Positions 59,635 to 64,000 of a DNA stretch of 64,000 nucleotides are shown here, piece after piece. Source of the stretch: Cyanophora paradoxa CCMP329. Lineage: Eukaryota > Plantae > Glaucophyta. Under the pieces are notes generated by a model. It did no database searches. It was given only the letters and a program-made list of their open reading frames with translations, and was not told where the DNA came from. Every line of letters begins with the position of its first letter. Within the stretch, counting starts at the first letter, position 1. Where the stretch lies: the NCBI GenBank assembly GCA_004431415.1, contig QPMI01000036.1:1-64000 (forward strand). Direction: 5' to 3'. Both the position numbers and the translations under genes were made by a program.

Positions 59635-61889
59635 TCATTTGCTGTCCTTGTCGTCCTTGCCGTCGTGGTCTGACGGGCGCTCCTTGGACTCGTCGCGGCC
59701 CTGCTCCTCGTGGCGCTCCTTCTCCTGCTCGCCCTCTCGCCGCTTCTCGTCCCTGTGCTCCCCGCTCTCGCGTCGCTTCTCCTCGTGCTCTTCCCGCTCC
59801 CGCTGCTCCCGCCTCTCTTCGTGGGACTCCTCCCGGCGCTCCTCTTTGTGCTCCTTCTCCTCCTTGTGCTCCTTGTGCTCCTTGGAGTCGCCGCCCTCGG
59901 CGGCGCGCGCCGCCTGCATTGCTGCCGTGTGCACGGCCGCCGCGTCCACCGAGGAGGAGGCCGTCGAGCGCGACGAGGCCGTCGCCGCCGTCGCCGGCTG
60001 CGGCGGAGGCGACGCCGTGTGTCCGCCGTGGCCCCCGTGTCCACCGTGGCCCCCGTGACCTCCGTGACCGCCGTGGCTCCCATAGCCGGGGTAGCCCGAG
60101 GCTGAGCCCTGGCCCATCGAGGCGCTCTGCTGTGCCGCATATTGCTGGTAATACGCCTGCAAAGGAGCTGAGTCGAGTGAGCGCGATCGGGGAGACGGGG
60201 GAGCGGGCACCTGGTAAGCGGCCATCTGCTGCGCGTCCATCCCGCCCCAGCTGCCCTGGCCACCCATGTCCCCTCCCCAGCCACCCTGCCCTCCACCGTA
60301 ACCGCCCTGACCGCCGCCGTAGCCGCCCATGCCGCCATAGCCCTGCGACTGGTCGAACGACAGACGATCAGTGGGCTGCTCGCATTTGCACGCGCGCCCA
60401 AGGAGAGGGCAGAAAAGGGAGGGGGGAGTGGGGATGGGTCTCGGGCGGACCGACATGAGGGCGGGGCCAGATTCGTGCATGCCGGGCATCCTGTTCGGCA
60501 GCATCATGTTCATAAAGTCACTGCGGGCCGCGTCAGGTACACGGGGAGTGGAAAAGGGTGCGTGGCCGGCACCGCGTGAGCTCATTGTTGGAGTGGATGG
60601 TGAGGTCGCTGAGGTTCGAGTACGTGATGTCGAACGTCACGGAGCCGCCGAAAAGCGGCACGCCGTCCAGCGCTCGCTTCGCGGCCTCCGCCTGAGAAGC
60701 GTCCATGAACTTGATGAGCGCCTGGAGGCCTGCGGTCGCCAAAATGAGCGCTGGGACGCAGCAACGCTGGGTTCGCTCGCGTCGGGCGCGAACCCTTGGT
60801 GGCGATGTTCTTTGTCGTGATAACGATTTTATGGACCGCGCCGTACGGCGAGAAGATTGCATGCAGGATGTCCACGTTCACCTGGAATTTCGTCGATTAG
60901 AAAATGAAGGGGTGGAGGAACTTGGAAGCGAATGTGCGCCGCACCGTGAATCCGTATGTGGAGGCATTGATGCGGACGAGGAGAATGTGGTTTGTATCGC
61001 CGTCATGCTGCACCTGTTGGCATGTCCAGTGAGCCACGCGTGACTCTCGCGAGCTACGGAATAACTAGGGAGAAACCAGAAAAGAACGAAAGTCGAAGCA
61101 TGGGCGGAAGCAGTGACAAAGCGGCCGGGGAGGCGCCGAGGGGGTCGCCGGGGAGTGAGAGTGGTGGGTGTGCGGGGCTGCAAACCGCAGGTGACGAGCT
61201 GGTGACACCCTGTTGTCAAAACGCCGTACTCCAAGGCAGAAATACCGCCGGAAAGCTGAGCGAGGGCCGACGAACGGCAGGACGGGGCGGGAGGGCAGGC
61301 GGGCAGGGAAGGGGGGGTGGGGCCGATCAGTCAGGGCTGGGAGCGGGGCGGGGCAGGAGGGAGGGAGGGTGGGAATGCGGGAGATGGGGGCAAGAAAACA
61401 GCCGCTTTGCCGTAGGGGCAAACGAAAAAAGGCAGCAAGAGTCGCAGCCCGATGTGTGCACTGAAGAGGAAAGACCGCGTACCGAGTTGAGTTGCTGATT
61501 GACCGAATACCGGACGTACACGTTGCGATTCCTGTAGAATGGAGTGAGCTGCACGAAAGACAGAGCGAACGCTTCGCTACGGCGCGACATAGACGCACTT
61601 GATGCGCGGCTGGATGCTTGAGTAGGTGGTCACGAACCCAATGGAAGAGCTCACGTCCTCATATTCGACAAGGGCCTGGTTGCGCTGCGCCATGTGAACG
61701 ATGTTCCGGATGGGCCCGAAGGGCGCGCAAAACTGCCGAATGTCCTCCTGCAGGCGATTGAGCCGGCGGCACAGAGATCGAGACGCATCACCTGACCTTC
61801 AGGACGTCGTTCCCAAGGCTGCGAATGTGAACCACCTTGGACGGCCCGCCCTCGGGCGGAGGAATCGAGGGCATTCCGAATGCCGCCAT
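59635..61889 (-). CDS. PTB/hnRNP L-like RRM protein with Gly-rich and charged C-terminus
   Basis: PSKVVHIRSL...NQALVEYED...NVYVRYS; NHILLV..VNVDILHAIFSPYGAVHKIV..GLQALIKF..AEAAKRALDG..ITYSNLSDLTI. Confidence 0.85.
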
Positions 61890-62020
61890 CGCGATAGGCG
61901 TGACCGATCGAGATCAGTGGAGCCTCGCTGCTGGGCACACTCGGTGGCTCCTTCCGGGTACGGTTGACTCCAGCTGGGTACTCGTTGCTGGCGAGGTTCT
62001 GGCCGAGGAGCTCGCGAACA

Positions 62021-64000
62021 ATGGCCGAGGAGCTCGCGAACAAGGTTCTAGCGGCGCTTGCGGATGGCCCTATCGCCGACTCGGGTCCCTTCGCCGAGAA
62101 CCTGGGCATCGACCACAAGCTCGTTGTGAGTCGCGCGCTCGCAAGCGCGGCGCGCGCCCTCACGACTCGCGCAGGACGGAGCGCTGAAGAGCCTGTCGGC
62201 GAATGAGTATGTCGTGCTGGAGCAGATTGAGCACAAGGGCTGGGCGCTGACCGCCGAGGGCGAGAAGTACGCCTCGGGCGCCGGCTCGCCTGAGGCGCAA
62301 GTCTTCAACGCTATCCCCGCGGACGGCATCCAGATGCCCGAGCTGGAGGCGCGCCGCCGCCGCCGCCGCTGTCGCAGCTGCGCGCGGCGGAGCCGTCTCA
62401 ATCGCGCCGCAGAAGGCGCTCGGTGAAGTTGCGAAGATCGGCTTCGCCCAGGGGATGAAAAATAAGTGGTTCGCGCTCGACAAGGCCACGAAGCTCGTCA
62501 AGAAGTCGGTGCGACAGTGCGGCGCGGCGCGCGGGTGGAGCTGGCTGAGCGCTCCGTGCCGCGGGCAGGCGGAGAGCATCGTGGACTCGGTCGCGGAGCA
62601 GCTGCGGGCGATGAGCGTCGGCAAGGTGGACAGCACCGTGGACGTGGAGGGCCTCAAGAAGCGCAAGCTCGTCTCGCCAACGTGCGCGCCGGCGTCGGGG
62701 CGCTGGCAGCGGGCGGCTGCGCGAGTCGCTCAGGCGGCGCTGCAGGTCGAAGGTGACCTACAAGGTGGCGCGTGGCCCGAAGTACCGCGCGACGGTGGCG
62801 AAGCAGGCGACGGACCTCACCGACGAGATGCTCGCCACGTGCGCCGGCCGCCCGTGCCCGCCGCTCCTTTCGACCCGGCCTCCAGCGGCGCGTGGCGCGA
62901 GACGGAGTTCAAAGAGTACAACTTCTCTGCCCTTGGGCGCGTTCCGCAGGCCGGCCACCTCCACCCGCTTCTCAAGGCGCGCGGGCCGCGCAAGCGCCGA
63001 CTCCCCGCCCTCAGCCGCACGCCGCCCCTGCGGCCCGCTCCGCGCATGACTGGCCACGCAGGTGCGGGAGCAGTTCCGTCGGATTTTCCTGGATCTCGGG
63101 TGCGGGGGGGGGACGGGGCGGGGCGGGGCGAGGCGGGGGGTGACGGGGCGCAGGTTCGAGGAGATGCCGACGAACCAGTGGGTGGAGAGCTCCTTCTGGA
63201 ACTTCGACGCGCTCTTCCAGCCCCAGCAGCACCCCGCCCGCGACTCCCACGACACCTTCTTCACCAAGCGTCCGCTCGCCCCCTCCCCGGCCCGCCCCCG
63301 CGCCCCGGCGAGCCGCGCGCAGAGCCGGCGGAGACACAGCGGCTGCCGGCGGACTACGTCGAGAAGGTAAAAGCGGTGCACGAGAAGGGCGGCCACGGCT
63401 CGATCGGGTGCGACCGGCCGCGGCCCGGCGCGGGGGCGGGGCGGCGCGGGCCGGCGTGGGGCCGAGCGGGCGGCAGGTACCGGTACGACTGGTCTCTGGA
63501 GGAGTCGAAGAAGAACCTGCTACGGACGCACACGACGGCGGTCTCGTCGCGGATGCTGTACGCGCTGGCGCACCAGCCGGGCGGCTTCCAGCCGCGCAAG
63601 TACTTCTCCATCGACCGCGTCTTCCGCAACGAGAACCTGGACGCGACGCACCTCGCCGAGTTCCACCAGATCGAGGGCCTCATCGCCGACCGCAACCTCC
63701 ACCTCGGCAACCTCAAGGCCGTCATCCGCCAGTTCTTCGCCCGCCTCGGCCTCACCGAGCTCCGCTTCAAGCCGGCGTACAACCCGTACACGGAGCCCTC
63801 CATGGAGGTCTTCGCCTACATGCCCGCCCTCGGCAAGTGGGTCGAGGTCGGCAACTCGGGCGTCTTCCGCCCCGAGATGCTCCTCCCCATGGGCCTGCCC
63901 CCCGACGTCCGCGTCATCGCCTGGGGGCTCTCCCTCGAGCGGTCCGCCCCGCCCCGCCCCGCCAGCGCGCCGCGCCTGACGCGTCGCAGGCCGACGATGA
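62021..64000 (+). CDS. FARSA: Cytosolic phenylalanyl-tRNA synthetase alpha subunit (runs off the window end)
   Basis: GHLHPLLK|[13 protein letters not shown]|[36 protein letters not shown]...[10 protein letters not shown]...[25 protein letters not shown]...[14 protein letters not shown]...[11 protein letters not shown]. Confidence 0.98.

Overview
Left end of a GC-rich eukaryotic chromosome. It starts with about 8.2 kb of (CCCTAA)n telomere, followed by a subtelomeric tandem array of about 3.4 units of ~2.4 kb, each carrying a spliced coiled-coil/TM gene. The remaining ~47 kb is compact, intron-rich gene space: translin, DUF2232, a kinase, a NUDIX hydrolase, MPP-alpha, RPP21, a GT77 glycosyltransferase, QueF, an F-box protein, an EF-hand protein, GOS1, a RING-IBR/RCR ligase, chlP, a PTB/hnRNP-L-like protein and FARSA. 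The TTAGGG telomere, a nuclear chlP with a Phe-containing transit peptide and short GTGCGC/GCGCGC introns suggest a glaucophyte-like (Cyanophora-type) alga; this is inference. Main findings: (1) an intact, intron-containing queF of alphaproteobacterial type with a mitochondrial-like presequence, pointing to organellar queuosine-precursor synthesis in a eukaryote; (2) a recurring micro-insertion pattern (X-rc(X)-X and X-C-rc(X)-G-X, X = 3 bp) seen directly between repeat copies, plus a 1.2-kb region that appears largely built from it, consistent with hairpin-type excision footprints of a 3-bp-TSD transposon; (3) a structured ~125-nt repeat found in sense orientation just after stop codons; (4) captured gene fragments, TSD-flanked retro-insertions, near-strict head-to-head gene pairing and frequent GC-AG introns. 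CDS coordinates are spans of multi-exon models read by eye.
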